Shown here piece after piece: positions 11,533 through 24,168 of a stretch of 64,000 nt of DNA. The notes under the pieces are model-generated. The model did not search any database, had not been told where the DNA came from, and saw only the letters and a list, made by a program, of their open reading frames with translations. This stretch comes from Escherichia coli O127:H6 str. E2348/69. Lineage in GTDB: Bacteria; Pseudomonadota; Gammaproteobacteria; Enterobacterales; Enterobacteriaceae. The DNA lies in NCBI RefSeq assembly GCF_000026545.1, contig NC_011601.1. One strand, 5' to 3'. The number at the start of each line of letters is the position of its first letter. Position 1 is the first letter of the stretch. The position numbers were made by a program, and so were the translations under genes.

Positions 11533-14500
11533 TGATTGAACGCGGTAAATTTCGCTCACTGACGCTGATTAACTGGAACGGCTTTTTTGCCCGAACTTTT
11601 GACCTTGACGAGCTGGTCACGACGCTTTCTGGCGGTAACGGGGCGGGTAAATCCACCACCATGGCGGCGTTCGTTACGGCGCTTATCCCCGATCTGACCC
11701 TGCTGCATTTCCGTAACACTACGGAAGCCGGGGCCACCAGCGGTTCGCGCGATAAAGGTCTGCACGGTAAGCTGAAAGCGGGTGTCTGTTATTCGATGCT
11801 CGACACCATTAACTCGCGCCACCAGCGCGTAGTGGTCGGTGTGCGTCTGCAACAGGTTGCCGGACGCGATCGTAAAGTGGATATCAAACCATTTGCCATT
11901 CAGGGCCTGCCGATGTCGGTGCAGCCGACACAACTGGTGACCGAAACTCTGAACGAACGCCAGGCGCGCGTGCTGCCGCTTAACGAGCTGAAAGACAAGC
12001 TCGAGGCGATGGAAGGCGTGCAGTTTAAGCAGTTCAACTCCATTACCGATTACCACTCGCTGATGTTCGATCTGGGCATCATCGCGCGTCGCCTGCGTTC
12101 AGCGTCTGATCGTAGTAAATTCTATCGTCTGATCGAAGCCTCGCTGTATGGCGGGATCTCCAGCGCCATTACTCGTTCTCTGCGCGACTACCTGTTGCCG
12201 GAAAACAGCGGGGTGCGGAAAGCGTTCCAGGACATGGAAGCGGCGCTGCGTGAAAACCGCATGACGCTGGAAGCGATTCGTGTCACCCAGTCGGACCGTG
12301 ACCTGTTTAAGCATCTGATTAGCGAAGCCACCAATTACGTGGCGGCGGACTACATGCGTCACGCCAACGAGCGCCGTGTTCATCTCGATAAGGCCCTGGA
12401 GTTTCGTCGCGAGCTACATACTTCGCGTCAGCAACTGGCGGCTGAGCAGTACAAACACGTCGATATGGCGCGTGAGCTGGCAGAGCACAACGGTGCCGAA
12501 GGCGATCTGGAAGCGGATTATCAGGCGGCCAGCGATCACCTGAACCTGGTGCAAACCGCACTGCGTCAGCAGGAGAAGATCGAACGCTACGAAGCGGATC
12601 TCGATGAGCTGCAGATCCGTCTGGAAGAGCAAAACGAAGTGGTGGCAGAAGCCATCGAACGCCAGGAAGAGAACGAGGCTCGTGCGGAAGCTGCCGAACT
12701 GGAAGTGGACGAGCTGAAAAGCCAGCTTGCTGACTACCAGCAGGCGCTGGACGTCCAGCAAACGCGCGCGATCCAGTATAACCAGGCGATTGCTGCGCTT
12801 AATCGTGCCAAAGAACTGTGCCATCTGCCGGACTTAACCGCCGACAGCGCTGCCGAATGGCTGGAAACCTTCCAGGCGAAAGAGCTGGAAGCGACCGAAA
12901 AAATGCTCTCTCTTGAGCAGAAAATGAGCATGGCGCAAACCGCGCACAGCCAGTTTGAGCAGGCTTATCAGCTGGTGGTGGCAATCAACGGCCCGCTGGC
13001 GCGTAACGAGGCGTGGGATGTCGCTCGCGAACTATTGCGCGAAGGGGTCGATCAGCGTCACCTGGCAGAGCAGGTTCAGCCGTTGCGGATGCGCTTAAGC
13101 GAACTGGAACAGCGTCTGCGTGAGCAGCAAGAAGCTGAGCGTCTGCTGGCAGATTTCTGCAAACGTCAGGGCAAGAATTTTGATATTGATGAACTGGAAG
13201 CTCTGCATCAGGAGCTGGAAGCACGCATTGCCTCTCTTTCCGATAGCGTCTCTAACGCCCGAGAAGAGCGGATGGCACTGCGCCAGGAGCAGGAACAGCT
13301 TCAGTCTCGCATTCAGAGTTTGATGCAGCGTGCGCCGGTTTGGCTGGCAGCGCAAAACAGTCTCAACCAGTTGAGCGAACAGTGCGGCGAAGAGTTCACC
13401 TCCAGCCAGGATGTCACCGAATTTCTGCAACAGTTGCTGGAGCGTGAGCGCGAGGCAATTGTTGAACGCGATGAAGTAGGCGCGCGCAAAAACGCCGTCG
13501 ATGAAGAGATCGAACGTTTAAGCCAGCCAGGTGGTTCTGAAGATCAGCGTCTGAACGCGCTGGCGGAGCGTTTTGGTGGTGTGCTGCTGTCAGAAATTTA
13601 TGACGACGTTAGCCTGGAAGATGCGCCGTACTTCTCAGCGCTGTATGGCCCGTCACGCCACGCCATCGTGGTGCCAGATCTGTCACAGGTAACCGAACAC
13701 CTGGAAGGCTTGACCGATTGCCCGGAAGATCTCTATTTGATCGAAGGGGATCCGCAGTCATTCGATGACAGCGTGTTCAGCGTTGATGAGCTGGAAAAAG
13801 CGGTGGTGGTGAAAATCGCCGATCGTCAGTGGCGTTATTCACGTTTCCCGGAAGTGCCGCTGTTTGGTCGTGCTGCGCGTGAAAGCCGTATTGAAAGCCT
13901 CCATGCCGAGCGGGAAGTGCTTTCCGAACGCTTCGCCACGCTCTCCTTTGATGTACAGAAAATCCAGCGTCTGCATCAGGCGTTCAGCCGCTTTATCGGC
14001 AGTCATCTGGCGGTGGCGTTTGAGTCTGACCCGGAAGCAGAAATCCGTCAACTGAACAGCCGTCGCGTCGAACTGGAACGGGCGTTGAGTAATCATGAAA
14101 ATGATAACCAGCAGCAGCGTATTCAGTTTGAGCAGGCGAAAGAGGGCGTTACGGCGCTGAACCGCATTCTGCCGCGTCTCAACCTGTTGGCTGATGACAG
14201 CCTGGCGGATCGCGTCGATGAAATCCGCGAACGTCTGGATGAAGCCCAGGAAGCCGCGCGTTTTGTTCAGCAGTTTGGCAATCAACTGGCGAAACTGGAA
14301 CCGATCGTTTCGGTATTGCAGAGCGACCCGGAACAGTTCGAACAGTTAAAAGAAGATTACGCGTACTCTCAGCAGATGCAGCGCGATGCCCGTCAGCAGG
14401 CGTTTGCCCTGACGGAAGTGGTGCAGCGTCGCGCGCACTTTAGCTACTCTGACTCGGCAGAAATGCTTAGCGGTAACAGCGATCTCAACGAAAAACTGCG

Positions 14501-15992
14501 TGAACGTCTGGAACAGGCGGAAGCGGAGCGTACCCGCGCTCGTGAAGCGTTGCGCGGACACGCAGCGCAGTTGAATCAGTACAACCAGGTGCTGGCTTCG
14601 CTGAAAAGTTCGTATGACACCAAAAAAGAGCTACTTAACGATCTGCAACGTGAATTGCAGGATATCGGCGTGCGTGCTGATAGCGGGGCAGAAGAGCGGG
14701 CACGTATTCGCCGTGACGAGTTGCACGCGCAACTGAGCAATAACCGTTCACGACGCAATCAACTGGAAAAAGCGCTTACCTTCTGCGAAGCGGAGATGGA
14801 CAACCTGACCCGTAAACTGCGCAAGCTGGAGCGGGATTACTTTGAGATGCGCGAGCAGGTAGTGACCGCCAAAGCGGGCTGGTGTGCGGTGATGCGCATG
14901 GTGAAAGATAATGGCGTTGAGCGTCGCTTACACCGTCGTGAGCTGGCTTATCTCTCCGCTGATGATTTGCGTTCCATGTCGGATAAGGCGTTAGGTGCGC
15001 TGCGTCTGGCGGTGGCAGATAACGAACATCTGCGCGACGTGCTGCGGATGTCGGAAGATCCAAAACGTCCGGAACGTAAAATTCAGTTCTTCGTGGCGGT
15101 TTATCAGCATCTGCGTGAACGTATTCGTCAGGATATTATTCGTACCGATGATCCGGTGGAAGCTATCGAACAGATGGAGATCGAGCTTAGCCGTCTGACC
15201 GAAGAATTAACCTCCCGTGAACAGAAACTGGCGATCAGTTCCCGCAGCGTGGCGAACATCATTCGCAAAACCATTCAGCGCGAGCAGAACCGTATCCGTA
15301 TGCTCAACCAGGGGTTGCAGAACGTATCGTTTGGCCAGGTGAACAGCGTACGTCTGAACGTGAACGTACGTGAAACGCACGCCATGCTGCTGGATGTGCT
15401 CTCTGAACAGCACGAGCAGCATCAGGATCTGTTTAACAGCAACCGCCTGACCTTCTCAGAAGCGCTGGCGAAACTGTATCAACGTCTTAACCCGCAGATT
15501 GATATGGGGCAGCGCACGCCGCAGACCATCGGTGAAGAACTGCTGGATTACCGCAACTATCTGGAAATGGAAGTTGAGGTTAACCGTGGTTCCGATGGCT
15601 GGTTGCGTGCAGAGTCTGGTGCATTGTCGACCGGTGAGGCGATTGGTACCGGTATGTCGATTCTGGTGATGGTGGTACAAAGCTGGGAAGATGAATCTCG
15701 CCGCCTGCGCGGTAAAGATATCTCTCCTTGCCGCCTGCTGTTCCTCGATGAAGCAGCGCGACTGGACGCCCGTTCCATCGCCACGCTGTTTGAATTGTGT
15801 GAACGTTTGCAAATGCAGCTCATTATCGCAGCGCCGGAAAATATCAGCCCGGAGAAAGGCACCACCTATAAACTGGTGCGTAAAGTCTTCCAGAATACCG
15901 AACACGTTCACGTCGTCGGCCTGCGAGGATTTGCGCCGCAACTTCCTGAAACGCTTCCAGGAAGTGACGAAGCGCCTTCTCAGGCTAGTTAA
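11532..15992 (+). CDS. mukB: Chromosome partition SMC-like protein MukB (1486 aa)
   Basis: 1486-aa ORF, Walker [10 protein letters not shown] near N-terminus, long coiled-coil middle region, C-terminal head domain. Confidence 0.97.
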   Translation: MIERGKFRSLTLINWNGFFARTFDLDELVTTLSGGNGAGKSTTMAAFVTALIPDLTLLHFRNTTEAGATSGSRDKGLHGKLKAGVCYSMLDTINSRHQRVVVGVRLQQVAGRDRKVDIKPFAIQGLPMSVQPTQLVTETLNERQARVLPLNELKDKLEAMEGVQFKQFNSITDYHSLMFDLGIIARRLRSASDRSKFYRLIEASLYGGISSAITRSLRDYLLPENSGVRKAFQDMEAALRENRMTLEAIRVTQSDRDLFKHLISEATNYVAADYMRHANERRVHLDKALEFRRELHTSRQQLAAEQYKHVDMARELAEHNGAEGDLEADYQAASDHLNLVQTALRQQEKIERYEADLDELQIRLEEQNEVVAEAIERQEENEARAEAAELEVDELKSQLADYQQALDVQQTRAIQYNQAIAALNRAKELCHLPDLTADSAAEWLETFQAKELEATEKMLSLEQKMSMAQTAHSQFEQAYQLVVAINGPLARNEAWDVARELLREGVDQRHLAEQVQPLRMRLSELEQRLREQQEAERLLADFCKRQGKNFDIDELEALHQELEARIASLSDSVSNAREERMALRQEQEQLQSRIQSLMQRAPVWLAAQNSLNQLSEQCGEEFTSSQDVTEFLQQLLEREREAIVERDEVGARKNAVDEEIERLSQPGGSEDQRLNALAERFGGVLLSEIYDDVSLEDAPYFSALYGPSRHAIVVPDLSQVTEHLEGLTDCPEDLYLIEGDPQSFDDSVFSVDELEKAVVVKIADRQWRYSRFPEVPLFGRAARESRIESLHAEREVLSERFATLSFDVQKIQRLHQAFSRFIGSHLAVAFESDPEAEIRQLNSRRVELERALSNHENDNQQQRIQFEQAKEGVTALNRILPRLNLLADDSLADRVDEIRERLDEAQEAARFVQQFGNQLAKLEPIVSVLQSDPEQFEQLKEDYAYSQQMQRDARQQAFALTEVVQRRAHFSYSDSAEMLSGNSDLNEKLRERLEQAEAERTRAREALRGHAAQLNQYNQVLASLKSSYDTKKELLNDLQRELQDIGVRADSGAEERARIRRDELHAQLSNNRSRRNQLEKALTFCEAEMDNLTRKLRKLERDYFEMREQVVTAKAGWCAVMRMVKDNGVERRLHRRELAYLSADDLRSMSDKALGALRLAVADNEHLRDVLRMSEDPKRPERKIQFFVAVYQHLRERIRQDIIRTDDPVEAIEQMEIELSRLTEELTSREQKLAISSRSVANIIRKTIQREQNRIRMLNQGLQNVSFGQVNSVRLNVNVRETHAMLLDVLSEQHEQHQDLFNSNRLTFSEALAKLYQRLNPQIDMGQRTPQTIGEELLDYRNYLEMEVEVNRGSDGWLRAESGALSTGEAIGTGMSILVMVVQSWEDESRRLRGKDISPCRLLFLDEAARLDARSIATLFELCERLQMQLIIAAPENISPEKGTTYKLVRKVFQNTEHVHVVGLRGFAPQLPETLPGSDEAPSQAS

Positions 15993-15996
15993 AATT

Positions 15997-16028
15997 AAGG
16001 CGGCAGCAATGCCGCCTTTTCTTTTTCC
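15997..16028 (+). terminator. Rho-independent terminator after mukB
   Basis: GC-rich hairpin ggcggcagcaatgccgcc (15999-16016) followed by ttttcttttt. Confidence 0.8.
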
Positions 16029-16252
16029 GAAAACTCCGTTTCTGCACTAAAAAAGTGGCACATTACGGCGCGCTTTTCTTTAAACTTCTTTACATTAGGT
16101 TATGTAAAAACGTATCGGCGTTTATATACTGAAGATAAGCCTGATGAGTAACAGGCTTGCTCGTCATACTTTCGTGAGTATTGGCGTTGTACAGGCAAGT
16201 CGTAAAATAACAGCCTGGCTATTCAGAGTATGATAAAAACAGGGGGCAAGGG

Positions 16253-18100
16253 ATGTTGCTTAATATGATGTGTGGTCGTCGGCTGTCGGCAATCAGTTTG
16301 TGCCTGGCCGTAACATTCGCTCCACTGTTCAATGCGCAGGCCGATGAGCCTGAAGTAATCCCTTGCGACAGCCCGGTGGCTGTCAGTGAACAGGGCGAGG
16401 CACTGCCGCAGGCGCAAGCCACGGCAATAATGGCGGGGATCCAGCCATTGCCTGAAGGTGCGGCTGAAAAAGCCCGCACGCAAATCGAATCTCAATTACC
16501 CGCAGGTTATAAGCCGGTTTATCTTAACCAGCTTCAATTGTTGTATGCCGCACGCGATATGCAACCCATGTGGGAAAACCGTGATGCTGTTAAAGCCTTC
16601 CAGCAACAGCTGGCAGAGGTGGCGATTGCCGGTTTCCAGCCGCAGTTTAATAAATGGGTAGAGTTACTGACCGATCCTGGTGTTAACGGGATGGCACGCG
16701 ACGTGGTGCTCTCTGATGCGATGATGGGCTATCTCCATTTCATTGCAAATATTCCGGTCAAAGGCACTCGCTGGCTATATAGCAGTAAACCTTATGCGCT
16801 TTCAACGCCGCCGCTTTCGGTGATTAACCAATGGCAGCTGGCGCTGGATAAAGGTCAATTGCCTACGTTTGTTGCAGGATTGGCACCGCAGCATCCGCAA
16901 TATGCGGCGATGCATGAATCGTTACTGGCCTTACTCAGTGACACCAAACCGTGGCCCCAACTGACCGGCAAAGCAACGTTGCGCCCAGGACAGTGGAGTA
17001 ACGACGTACCGGCGTTGCGCGAAATATTGCAACGTACAGGCATGTTGGACGGGGGACCGAAAATTACGCTACCTGGCGATGACACGCCAACTGACGCGGT
17101 AGTCAGCCCATCCGCTGTTACTATTGAAACAGCAGAAACTAAGCCGATGGACAAGCAAACTACGTCTCGTAGTAAACCTGCGCCTGTCGTTCGTGCCGCC
17201 TACGATAATGAACTGGTGGAAGCCGTTAAACGTTTTCAGGCATGGCAAGGATTGGGGGCAGATGGTGCTATTGGCCCGGCAACGCGTGACTGGTTAAACG
17301 TAACGCCCGCCCAGCGTGCTGGCGTGTTGGCACTCAACATCCAGCGATTGCGCTTGCTGCCAACAGAGCTTTCTACCGGGATCATGGTTAACATTCCGGC
17401 CTATTCGCTGGTCTACTATCAGAACGGCAATCAGGTGCTGGATTCGCGAGTCATTGTCGGTCGCCCCGATCGCAAAACGCCGATGATGAGTAGTGCCCTT
17501 AACAACGTGGTGGTAAACCCGCCGTGGAACGTCCCACCAACTCTGGCACGCAAAGATATTCTGCCGAAAGTGCGCAATGATCCTGGGTATCTCGAAAGCC
17601 ATGGCTATACATTGATGCGCGGCTGGAACAGCAGAGAAGCGATTGACCCATGGCAGGTTGACTGGTCTACAATCACGGCCTCGAATTTACCGTTCCGCTT
17701 CCAGCAGGCTCCAGGCCCACGGAACTCACTGGGGCGCTATAAATTCAATATGCCGAGTTCAGAGGCCATTTATTTGCATGACACGCCGAACCACAATCTG
17801 TTCAAGCGTGATACACGCGCATTGAGCTCAGGCTGTGTACGAGTGAATAAAGCTTCCGATCTGGCGAATATGCTGTTGCAGGATGCAGGATGGAATGACA
17901 AACGTATTTCTGATGCGCTGAAGCAGGGCGATACGCGTTACGTCAATATTCGGCAGTCGATTCCGGTGAATCTCTACTATCTGACGGCCTTTGTTGGTGC
18001 AGATGGTCGTACCCAGTATCGTACAGATATTTACAATTATGATCTGCCTGCGCGATCCAGCTCGCAAATCGTATCGAAAGCGGAACAATTAATCAGGTAA
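16253..18100 (+). CDS. ldtD: L,D-transpeptidase LdtD (YcbB), 615 aa
   Basis: 615-aa ORF with signal-like N-terminus and C-terminal YkuD-type catalytic region containing the SSGCVR cysteine motif. Confidence 0.9.
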   Translation: MLLNMMCGRRLSAISLCLAVTFAPLFNAQADEPEVIPCDSPVAVSEQGEALPQAQATAIMAGIQPLPEGAAEKARTQIESQLPAGYKPVYLNQLQLLYAARDMQPMWENRDAVKAFQQQLAEVAIAGFQPQFNKWVELLTDPGVNGMARDVVLSDAMMGYLHFIANIPVKGTRWLYSSKPYALSTPPLSVINQWQLALDKGQLPTFVAGLAPQHPQYAAMHESLLALLSDTKPWPQLTGKATLRPGQWSNDVPALREILQRTGMLDGGPKITLPGDDTPTDAVVSPSAVTIETAETKPMDKQTTSRSKPAPVVRAAYDNELVEAVKRFQAWQGLGADGAIGPATRDWLNVTPAQRAGVLALNIQRLRLLPTELSTGIMVNIPAYSLVYYQNGNQVLDSRVIVGRPDRKTPMMSSALNNVVVNPPWNVPPTLARKDILPKVRNDPGYLESHGYTLMRGWNSREAIDPWQVDWSTITASNLPFRFQQAPGPRNSLGRYKFNMPSSEAIYLHDTPNHNLFKRDTRALSSGCVRVNKASDLANMLLQDAGWNDKRISDALKQGDTRYVNIRQSIPVNLYYLTAFVGADGRTQYRTDIYNYDLPARSSSQIVSKAEQLIR

Positions 18101-18280
18101 ATGAAGCAGTTCGGGGAAATCAGTTGTCGTAATAATTAGCGTGATCGGGGGCGATTCTCTGCAGCCCCCGTCACTGCTGGGGTTGAGTCATCTTGACGTC
18201 TGCTTTACGGGCGGTTAAGGTGCCTCTTGTGCGCCAGAAGTGCATATAAACGATAACATTGACCTGTAGACTTGATTATC

Positions 18281-18829
18281 ATGGACAAATTCGACGCTAA
18301 TCGCCGCAAACTGCTGGCGCTTGGTGGCGTTGCACTCGGTGCCGCCATCCTGCCGACCCCGGCGTTTGCAACACTCTCTACCCCACGCCCGCGCATTTTG
18401 ACACTCAATAATCTTCATACCGGAGAGTCAATCAAAGCGGAGTTTTTCGATGGCAGAGGCTATATTCAGGAAGAATTGGCAAAACTTAACCATTTTTTCC
18501 GCGATTACCGCGCGAACAAAATAAAGTCCATCGACCCAGGATTATTCGACCAGTTGTATCGCCTGCAAGGGTTGTTAGGCACCCGCAAACCGGTGCAACT
18601 CATTTCCGGTTATCGTTCCATTGATACCAACAATGAACTACGCGCCCGCAGCCGTGGAGTAGCGAAGAAAAGCTATCACACTAAAGGCCAGGCGATGGAT
18701 TTCCACATTGAAGGTATCGCGTTAAGCAATATTCGCAAAGCCGCGTTATCTATGCGCGCAGGTGGTGTAGGATATTACCCACGTAGTAACTTTGTGCATA
18801 TTGATACCGGGCCAGCACGGCACTGGTAG
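18281..18829 (+). CDS. mepK: Murein endopeptidase MepK (YcbK), Tat-exported (182 aa)
   Basis: ATG at 18281 gives MDKFDANRRKLLALGG (twin-arginine signal); 182-aa product matches YcbK. Confidence 0.85.
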   Translation: MDKFDANRRKLLALGGVALGAAILPTPAFATLSTPRPRILTLNNLHTGESIKAEFFDGRGYIQEELAKLNHFFRDYRANKIKSIDPGLFDQLYRLQGLLGTRKPVQLISGYRSIDTNNELRARSRGVAKKSYHTKGQAMDFHIEGIALSNIRKAALSMRAGGVGYYPRSNFVHIDTGPARHW

Positions 18830-18855
18830 TAATCGCTTAACGAAACAGGGGCAGT

Positions 18856-19503
18856 ATGAACTATCGTATTATTCCGGTCACCGCATTCTCCCAGAACTGT
18901 TCATTGATCTGGTGTGAACAAACCCGTCTGGCCGCACTGGTCGATCCTGGCGGCGATGCGGAAAAAATCAAACAGGAAGTTGATGCCAGCGGCCTGACAC
19001 TGATGCAGATCCTGCTGACTCATGGTCATCTGGACCACGTTGGCGCAGCGGCGGAACTGGCGCAACATTACGGCGTGCCGGTTTTTGGCCCGGAAAAAGA
19101 AGATGAGTTCTGGCTGCAAGGCTTGCCTGCGCAAAGTCGTATGTTTGGTCTGGAAGAGTGCCAGCCGCTGACGCCAGATCGTTGGCTGAACGAAGGCGAT
19201 ACCATCAGCATAGGGAATGTGACTTTACAGGTGTTACATTGCCCTGGGCATACGCCGGGTCATGTCGTGTTTTTTGATGATCGGGCAAAGCTGCTGATTT
19301 CTGGCGACGTTATTTTCAAAGGTGGAGTAGGGCGCAGTGACTTCCCGCGTGGCGATCATAATCAACTGATTTATTCAATCAAAGATAAATTGCTGCCACT
19401 GGGGGATGACGTGACATTTATTCCGGGTCACGGACCATTATCCACACTTGGTTATGAGCGCCTGCATAATCCCTTCCTGCAAGACGAAATGCCCGTCTGG
19501 TAA
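18856..19503 (+). CDS. ycbL: Metallo-beta-lactamase fold hydrolase YcbL (glyoxalase II-like, 215 aa)
   Basis: 215-aa ORF with THGHLDH metal-binding motif. Confidence 0.85.
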   Translation: MNYRIIPVTAFSQNCSLIWCEQTRLAALVDPGGDAEKIKQEVDASGLTLMQILLTHGHLDHVGAAAELAQHYGVPVFGPEKEDEFWLQGLPAQSRMFGLEECQPLTPDRWLNEGDTISIGNVTLQVLHCPGHTPGHVVFFDDRAKLLISGDVIFKGGVGRSDFPRGDHNQLIYSIKDKLLPLGDDVTFIPGHGPLSTLGYERLHNPFLQDEMPVW

Positions 19504-19511
19504 AGGTGCAT

Positions 19512-19538
19512 AAAAAAGCCCGCTTTCAAGCGGGCTTC
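19512..19538 (-). terminator. Rho-independent terminator of aspC (shared intergenic hairpin with ycbL)
   Basis: Hairpin agcccgctttcaagcgggct (19517-19536) flanked by an A-run on the + strand (U-run for the minus-strand aspC transcript). Confidence 0.7.
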
Positions 19539-19552
19539 ATCGGTTTTAACGC

Positions 19553-20743
19553 TTACAGCACTGCCACAATCGCTTCGCACAGCGGCGCCATGTTATCTGG
19601 TGTCATCCCGGCCACGTTTACGCGACCAGAAGCAACAGCATATACGCCAAACTCTTCGCGCAGACGCAGCACTTGTTCTTTTGTCAGGCCACTGAAGGAG
19701 AACATGCCGTTCTGTTTGATGATAAAGCTGAAGTCGCGATTTGCGCCTTTTTCCTGCAGCGTATTGACGAACAACTGACGCATACGCTGAATACGCTGGC
19801 GCATATCAGTCAGTTCTTGTTCCCAAATCGCACGTAACGCATCGTTGCTCAGGATGGTGGCAACAACAGAAGCGCCGTGTGCTGGTGGGTTAGAGTAGTT
19901 AGCACGAATCGCCGCTTTCATTTGGCTGAATGCGCGTTCAACAGTTTCACTGTCAGCAGCAACCAGAGTACAAGCGCCAACACGCTCGTTGTACAGGCCA
20001 AAGTTTTTAGAGTAGGAACTGGCAACAATCAGCTCCTTATGCAGAGCCGCGAAAGCGCGCAGTCCTTCAGCATCTTCTTCCAGACCACGGGCAAACCCCT
20101 GGTAAGCGAAGTCAAACAGCGGTAACCAGCCTTTCTCAACGGAGAGTTGTGCCAGTGTCTGCCATTGTTCCAGCGTAGGGTCAATGCCGGTTGGGTTATG
20201 GCAGCAGCCATGGAACAGCACTACGTCGCCAGCCTGAGCTTCGTTCAGGCTGTTAATCAGTGCATCGAAGTCAAGAGTGTGATTTTCCGCATCATAATAA
20301 GCGTATTCACGAACTTCCAGACCTGCAGAGTTAAAGACGCTCTTATGGTTCGGCCAGCTTGGGTTGCTCACCCACACACGCTTAACGCTGGTATTTTTTG
20401 CCAGGAAATCGGCAGCCACGCGTAGTGCGCCAGTGCCACCCGGAGTCTGTGCCGTGCGAGCACGTTTGTCATTGATCAGGGCGCTACCTTTACCAAACAG
20501 CAGTTCCTGAGTGCAGCGACCAAATTCAGGGATGCCGTCAATGCCGAGGTAATTTTTGGTGGTTTCATTTTCGAGCAGATACTGTTCAGCCTTTTTCACG
20601 CTGGTCAGTACCGGGGTTTTACCCGTCTCATCTTTATAGACACCAATCCCGAGGTTAATTTTGCCAGGACGTTCATCGGCTCGAAACAGATCGGCCAGGC
20701 CCAGAATCGGGTCGGCAGGAGCGGCGGTAATGTTCTCAAACAT
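19553..20743 (-). CDS. aspC: Aspartate aminotransferase AspC (396 aa)
   Basis: 396-aa ORF; PLP-lysine motif [14 protein letters not shown]. Confidence 0.97.
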   Translation of the reverse strand: MFENITAAPADPILGLADLFRADERPGKINLGIGVYKDETGKTPVLTSVKKAEQYLLENETTKNYLGIDGIPEFGRCTQELLFGKGSALINDKRARTAQTPGGTGALRVAADFLAKNTSVKRVWVSNPSWPNHKSVFNSAGLEVREYAYYDAENHTLDFDALINSLNEAQAGDVVLFHGCCHNPTGIDPTLEQWQTLAQLSVEKGWLPLFDFAYQGFARGLEEDAEGLRAFAALHKELIVASSYSKNFGLYNERVGACTLVAADSETVERAFSQMKAAIRANYSNPPAHGASVVATILSNDALRAIWEQELTDMRQRIQRMRQLFVNTLQEKGANRDFSFIIKQNGMFSFSGLTKEQVLRLREEFGVYAVASGRVNVAGMTPDNMAPLCEAIVAVL

Positions 20744-20871
20744 GACGAGGTTCCATTATGGTTACAGAAGGGAAGTCCGCTATCAGGGTAACGGGAGATT
20801 TACAAAATTCCAACTATTACTGATGAAAACGCAGGCTGTTTTTGCAAGACGTGAGATTGCTCTGGAAGGCA

Positions 20872-20902
20872 TAAAAAAACAGGACCAAAGTCCTGTTTTT
20901 TC
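20872..20902 (-). terminator. Rho-independent terminator of ompF
   Basis: Hairpin acaggaccaaagtcctgt (20879-20896) flanked by A-run and T-run, 25 nt downstream of the ompF stop. Confidence 0.8.
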
Positions 20903-20926
20903 GGCATTTAACAAAGGGGTATGCTA

Positions 20927-21997
20927 TTAGAACTGGTAAACGATACCCACAGCAACTGTATCGTCGGAACCTACGCCCAACTTGTTGTCAGAATCGATTT
21001 GGTTAATCGCATAGTCAACATAGGTAGACATGTTTTTGTTGAAGTAGTAGGTTGCGCCCACTTCAATGTAGTTCACCAGATCAACATCACCGATACCTTC
21101 TACATCTTTCGCTTTAGATTTGGTATAGGCGATGGACGGACGCAGACCGAAGTCGAACTGGTATTGCGCAACTAACAGGATATCTTGCGTTTTGTTGGCA
21201 AAGCCACCAGTGATCGGCGTAGCATTACGGGTTTCACCGTAGTTAGCTGCCAGATAGATGTTGTTAGCATCATACTTCAGGCCAGTAGCCCACTGTTCAG
21301 CTTTTTTGCCTTTGCCAAGGGTAGAGTCTTCCTGCAGGTTGGTACGGTCAGCGGCGCCATAAGCACCAACGATACCAAAGCCTTCGAATTCGTAGCTGAC
21401 AGAGCCGCCAACACCGTCGCCGTTAGAACGACGTGCAGTGTCACGCTCGTTTTTACCCAGGTACTGAACAGCGAAATTCAGACCGTCAACCAGACCAAAG
21501 AAGTTGGAGTTACGGTAAGTTGCAACGCCGCCAACACGACCTACGAAGAAGTCATCGCTGTAAGCGGTATCACCACCAAACTCAGGCAGCATATCGGTAT
21601 AACCCAGGGCATCATAAACCACGCCGTAGTTACGACCATAATCGAAAGAACCCGCATCAGCGAATTTCAGACCAGCAAATGCCAGACGCGTTTTATTGCC
21701 ATTCTGAGCATCATCACCTTCAGAGTTATTACCCTGGAAGTTGTATTCCCACTGACCGTAGCCAGTCAGATCGGAGTTAATCTGAGTTTCCCCTTTAAAA
21801 CCAAGACGGGCATAGGTCTTATCGCCATTGCCACCGTAACTGTTTTCACCATTACCCTTGGAGAAATAATGCAAACCGACAGCTTTACCGTATAGATCCA
21901 GTTTGTTGCCATCTTTGTTATAGATTTCCGCAGCGTTTGCGGTACCTGCTACCAACAGAGCAGGGACGACCACTGCCAGAATATTGCGCTTCATCAT
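20927..21997 (-). CDS. ompF: Outer membrane porin OmpF (356-aa precursor; allele appears divergent from K-12)
   Basis: Signal peptide [22 protein letters not shown], mature [10 protein letters not shown]..., C-terminal VAVGIVYQF; 356 aa versus recalled 362 aa for K-12. Confidence 0.95.
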   Translation of the reverse strand: MMKRNILAVVVPALLVAGTANAAEIYNKDGNKLDLYGKAVGLHYFSKGNGENSYGGNGDKTYARLGFKGETQINSDLTGYGQWEYNFQGNNSEGDDAQNGNKTRLAFAGLKFADAGSFDYGRNYGVVYDALGYTDMLPEFGGDTAYSDDFFVGRVGGVATYRNSNFFGLVDGLNFAVQYLGKNERDTARRSNGDGVGGSVSYEFEGFGIVGAYGAADRTNLQEDSTLGKGKKAEQWATGLKYDANNIYLAANYGETRNATPITGGFANKTQDILLVAQYQFDFGLRPSIAYTKSKAKDVEGIGDVDLVNYIEVGATYYFNKNMSTYVDYAINQIDSDNKLGVGSDDTVAVGIVYQF

Positions 21998-22107
21998 TAT
22001 TTATTACCCTCATGGTTTTTTTATGACACCTGCCACTGCCGTCAATAAGTTCTGTCAATAAAAATTTACGGAATTATTGATGAGAGTTTGGTGTCTTTAT
22101 GTGTCTG
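21998..22107 (-). promoter_or_regulatory. ompF 5' leader including the region recalled as the MicF sRNA pairing site
   Basis: Minus-strand sequence upstream of the ATG reads ...AAAAAAACCATGAGGGTAATAAATAATGATGAAGCGC, matching the recalled ompF leader/RBS; leader length (~110 nt) from memory. Confidence 0.5.
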
Positions 22108-22144
22108 CAGGCATCTTTCCATTCAAACTAACGTTTCGCTACCG

Positions 22145-22206
22145 TGAAAGTGCTACAAAGATAAAGATTTGGTTTCAAAAAGAAAAAATATGTGACAAAA
22201 AGTAAA
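22145..22206 (-). promoter_or_regulatory. OmpR binding sites F1-F3 of the ompF promoter
   Basis: Three tandem ~20-bp units on the minus strand (TTTACTTTTTGTCACATATT / TTTTCTTTTTGAAACCAAATC / TTTATCTTTGTAGCACTTTC) about 150-210 bp upstream of the ompF ATG. Confidence 0.6.
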
Positions 22207-22556
22207 AATTAAGGAACTTTGTGAACACCGTCATATTTCCATAGAAGCGTGATGATATTTACAGCAATTTTTATCTATTTATATGATTTCCTTATATTTA
22301 AATTAACTAAACGGAAATTTTGTTTCTGATGGAAACTTTATCGACCAGGCACAAAATCTTCTTTCAGACATCCAGAACGCCAAAAAATTGTATGAAAATT
22401 GTGCTATCAGCTAAGAAAAAACTAATCCGCAATAAGAATGCAGATTATTTTTTTGTGCGTAAATGTTGCAGTGTAATATTCCGTAACAGGATGATCGTTA
22501 TGGCGGGGTTGCAAATAGATTGCTTGACTTAACAAACAGATAACTTGACAGAAAGG

Positions 22557-22588
22557 ATAAAAAAAGAGCCAGCGGGCGCTGGCTCTTG
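22557..22588 (-). terminator. Rho-independent terminator of asnS
   Basis: Hairpin agagccagcgggcgctggctct (22565-22586) preceded on the + strand by an A-run (U-run on the asnS transcript). Confidence 0.65.
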
Positions 22589-22599
22589 AAGACACTAAA

Positions 22600-24000
22600 T
22601 TAGAAGCTGGCGTTACGCGGAGTACGTGGGAACGGAATAACATCACGTACGTTTTGCACGCCAGTTACGTAAGCTATCAGGCGTTCAAAACCAAGACCGA
22701 AACCTGAATGCGGAACAGTACCGTAGCGACGCAGATCGCGATACCACCAGTAATCTTCTTTGTTCAGGCCCATTTCCAGCATACGCTCGTCCAGCACGTC
22801 CAGACGTTCTTCACGCTGGGAGCCACCGATGATCTCACCGATGCCCGGAGCCAGAACGTCCATAGCCGCAACGGTTTTACCGTCTTCGTTAAGGCGCATA
22901 TAGAACGCTTTAATATCTTTCGGATAGTTTTTAACCACTACCGGTGCTTTAAAGTGTTCTTCCGCCAGATAACGCTCATGCTCAGAAGAGAGATCTACGC
23001 CCCAGTAAACCGGGTTTTCAAACTTCCTGCCGCAGTTTTCGAGAATGGTCACTGCGTCGGTGTAATCCACCTGCGCAAAATCGGCCTCAATGAAGCGTTC
23101 CAGACGTGAAACGGCATCTTTATCTACGCGTTCAGCGAAGAATTTCATGTCGTCAGCGCGTTCTTCGAGAACCGCTTTGAAGACATATTTCAGCATGGCT
23201 TCAGCCAGACCCGCGATATCGTTCAGGTTAGCAAACGCCACTTCCGGCTCCAGCATCCAGAATTCCGCCAGGTGACGACTGGTGTTGGAGTTTTCAGCAC
23301 GGAAAGTCGGGCCGAAGGTATAAATTTTGGATAATGCGCAAGCGTAGGTTTCGCCGTTCAACTGGCCAGATACGGTCAGGAAAGACTCTTTACCAAAGAA
23401 GTCTTTGTCGAAATCTACTTTGCCCTGATCGTTACGCGGCAGGTTTTCCAGATCCAGCGTAGAAACGCGGAACATTTCGCCAGCCCCTTCGGTATCAGAC
23501 GCAGTAATCAGTGGCGTTGAAACCCAGAAGAATCCCTGCTCGTTAAAGAAGCGATGCAGCGCCTGCGCCAGCGTATGGCGAACGCGCGCGACGGCACCAA
23601 TCAGGTTTGTGCGCGGACGCAGGTGAGCGACTTCACGCAGATACTCAATGCTGTGGCGTTTTGCCGCCATCGGGTAAGTGTCTGGATCTTCAACCCAACC
23701 AGCAACTTCAACCTTGCTGGCCTGAATTTCAAATTGTTGCCCCTGGCCCGGCGACGCCACGACTTTACCCGTCACAATGACCGAGCAACCGGTGGTCAGA
23801 CGCAGGACGTCTTCATTGTAATTGGGCAGAGAATTATTGATGACAGCCTGTACAGGATCAAAGCAGGAACCGTCATAAACGGCGAGGAAGGAGATGCCAG
23901 CTTTTGAATCTCGGCGGGTACGTACCCATCCGCGCACGGTGACTTCGCTGTCAACGGCTACGCGGCCCTGGAGTACGTCGGCTACAGGCACAACGCTCAT
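22600..24000 (-). CDS. asnS: Asparaginyl-tRNA synthetase AsnS (466 aa)
   Basis: ORF-track entry extends to 24045; ATG at 24000 (minus) gives [15 protein letters not shown]-terminus and 466 aa; class II aaRS. Confidence 0.95.
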
Positions 24001-24134
24001 AATATTCTCTCTGTTAATAGTCGGAAAAAATAAACACTTGTCCACCCGTAAATGGGGGGATACCTATGTTACCTGGCATCTGCAATCAGACAAGCAGAAT
24101 TCGCAAATGCAGCGAAAGATTTCGGAATTAAAGG

Positions 24135-24160
24135 TAAAAAAAGGGAGCCGATTAGCTCCC
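24135..24160 (-). terminator. Rho-independent terminator of pncB
   Basis: Hairpin gggagccgattagctccc (24143-24160) with adjacent A-run on the + strand, just downstream of the pncB stop. Confidence 0.6.
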
Positions 24161-24168
24161 TGATGATA

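Noticed and set aside
11556-15941. Multiple 60-166-aa antisense ORFs within mukB (for example 11556..12056, 13839..14285, 15456..15941)
   Set aside because: All lie inside the mukB coding region on the opposite strand, with low-complexity translations; expected by chance in a 4.4-kb GC-rich coiled-coil gene.
18101-18200. Inverted repeat cgggggc...gcccccg downstream of ldtD as a possible terminator
   Set aside because: No adjacent U-run and the stem is short; cannot be supported as an intrinsic terminator from sequence alone.
21185-21895. 236-aa ORF on the + strand inside ompF
   Set aside because: Antisense to ompF; Thr/Val/Ile-rich repetitive translation mirrors the porin codon pattern; not a plausible independent gene.
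22320-22646. Two overlapping small ORFs (70 and 74 aa) in the asnS-ompF intergenic region
   Set aside because: Located in the AT-rich ompF upstream regulatory region (OmpR/IHF site territory); no RBS, low-complexity translations; region is known to be non-coding in E. coli.
24001-24168. 5'-extended ORF starts in the track (asnS to 24045, pncB to 25419, helD from 52392, ompA to 48156, sulA to 48991, yccU from 55879, and others)
   Set aside because: The track reports the longest ORF; known N-termini and RBS positions indicate internal start codons, so the extensions were trimmed rather than treated as novel N-terminal domains.
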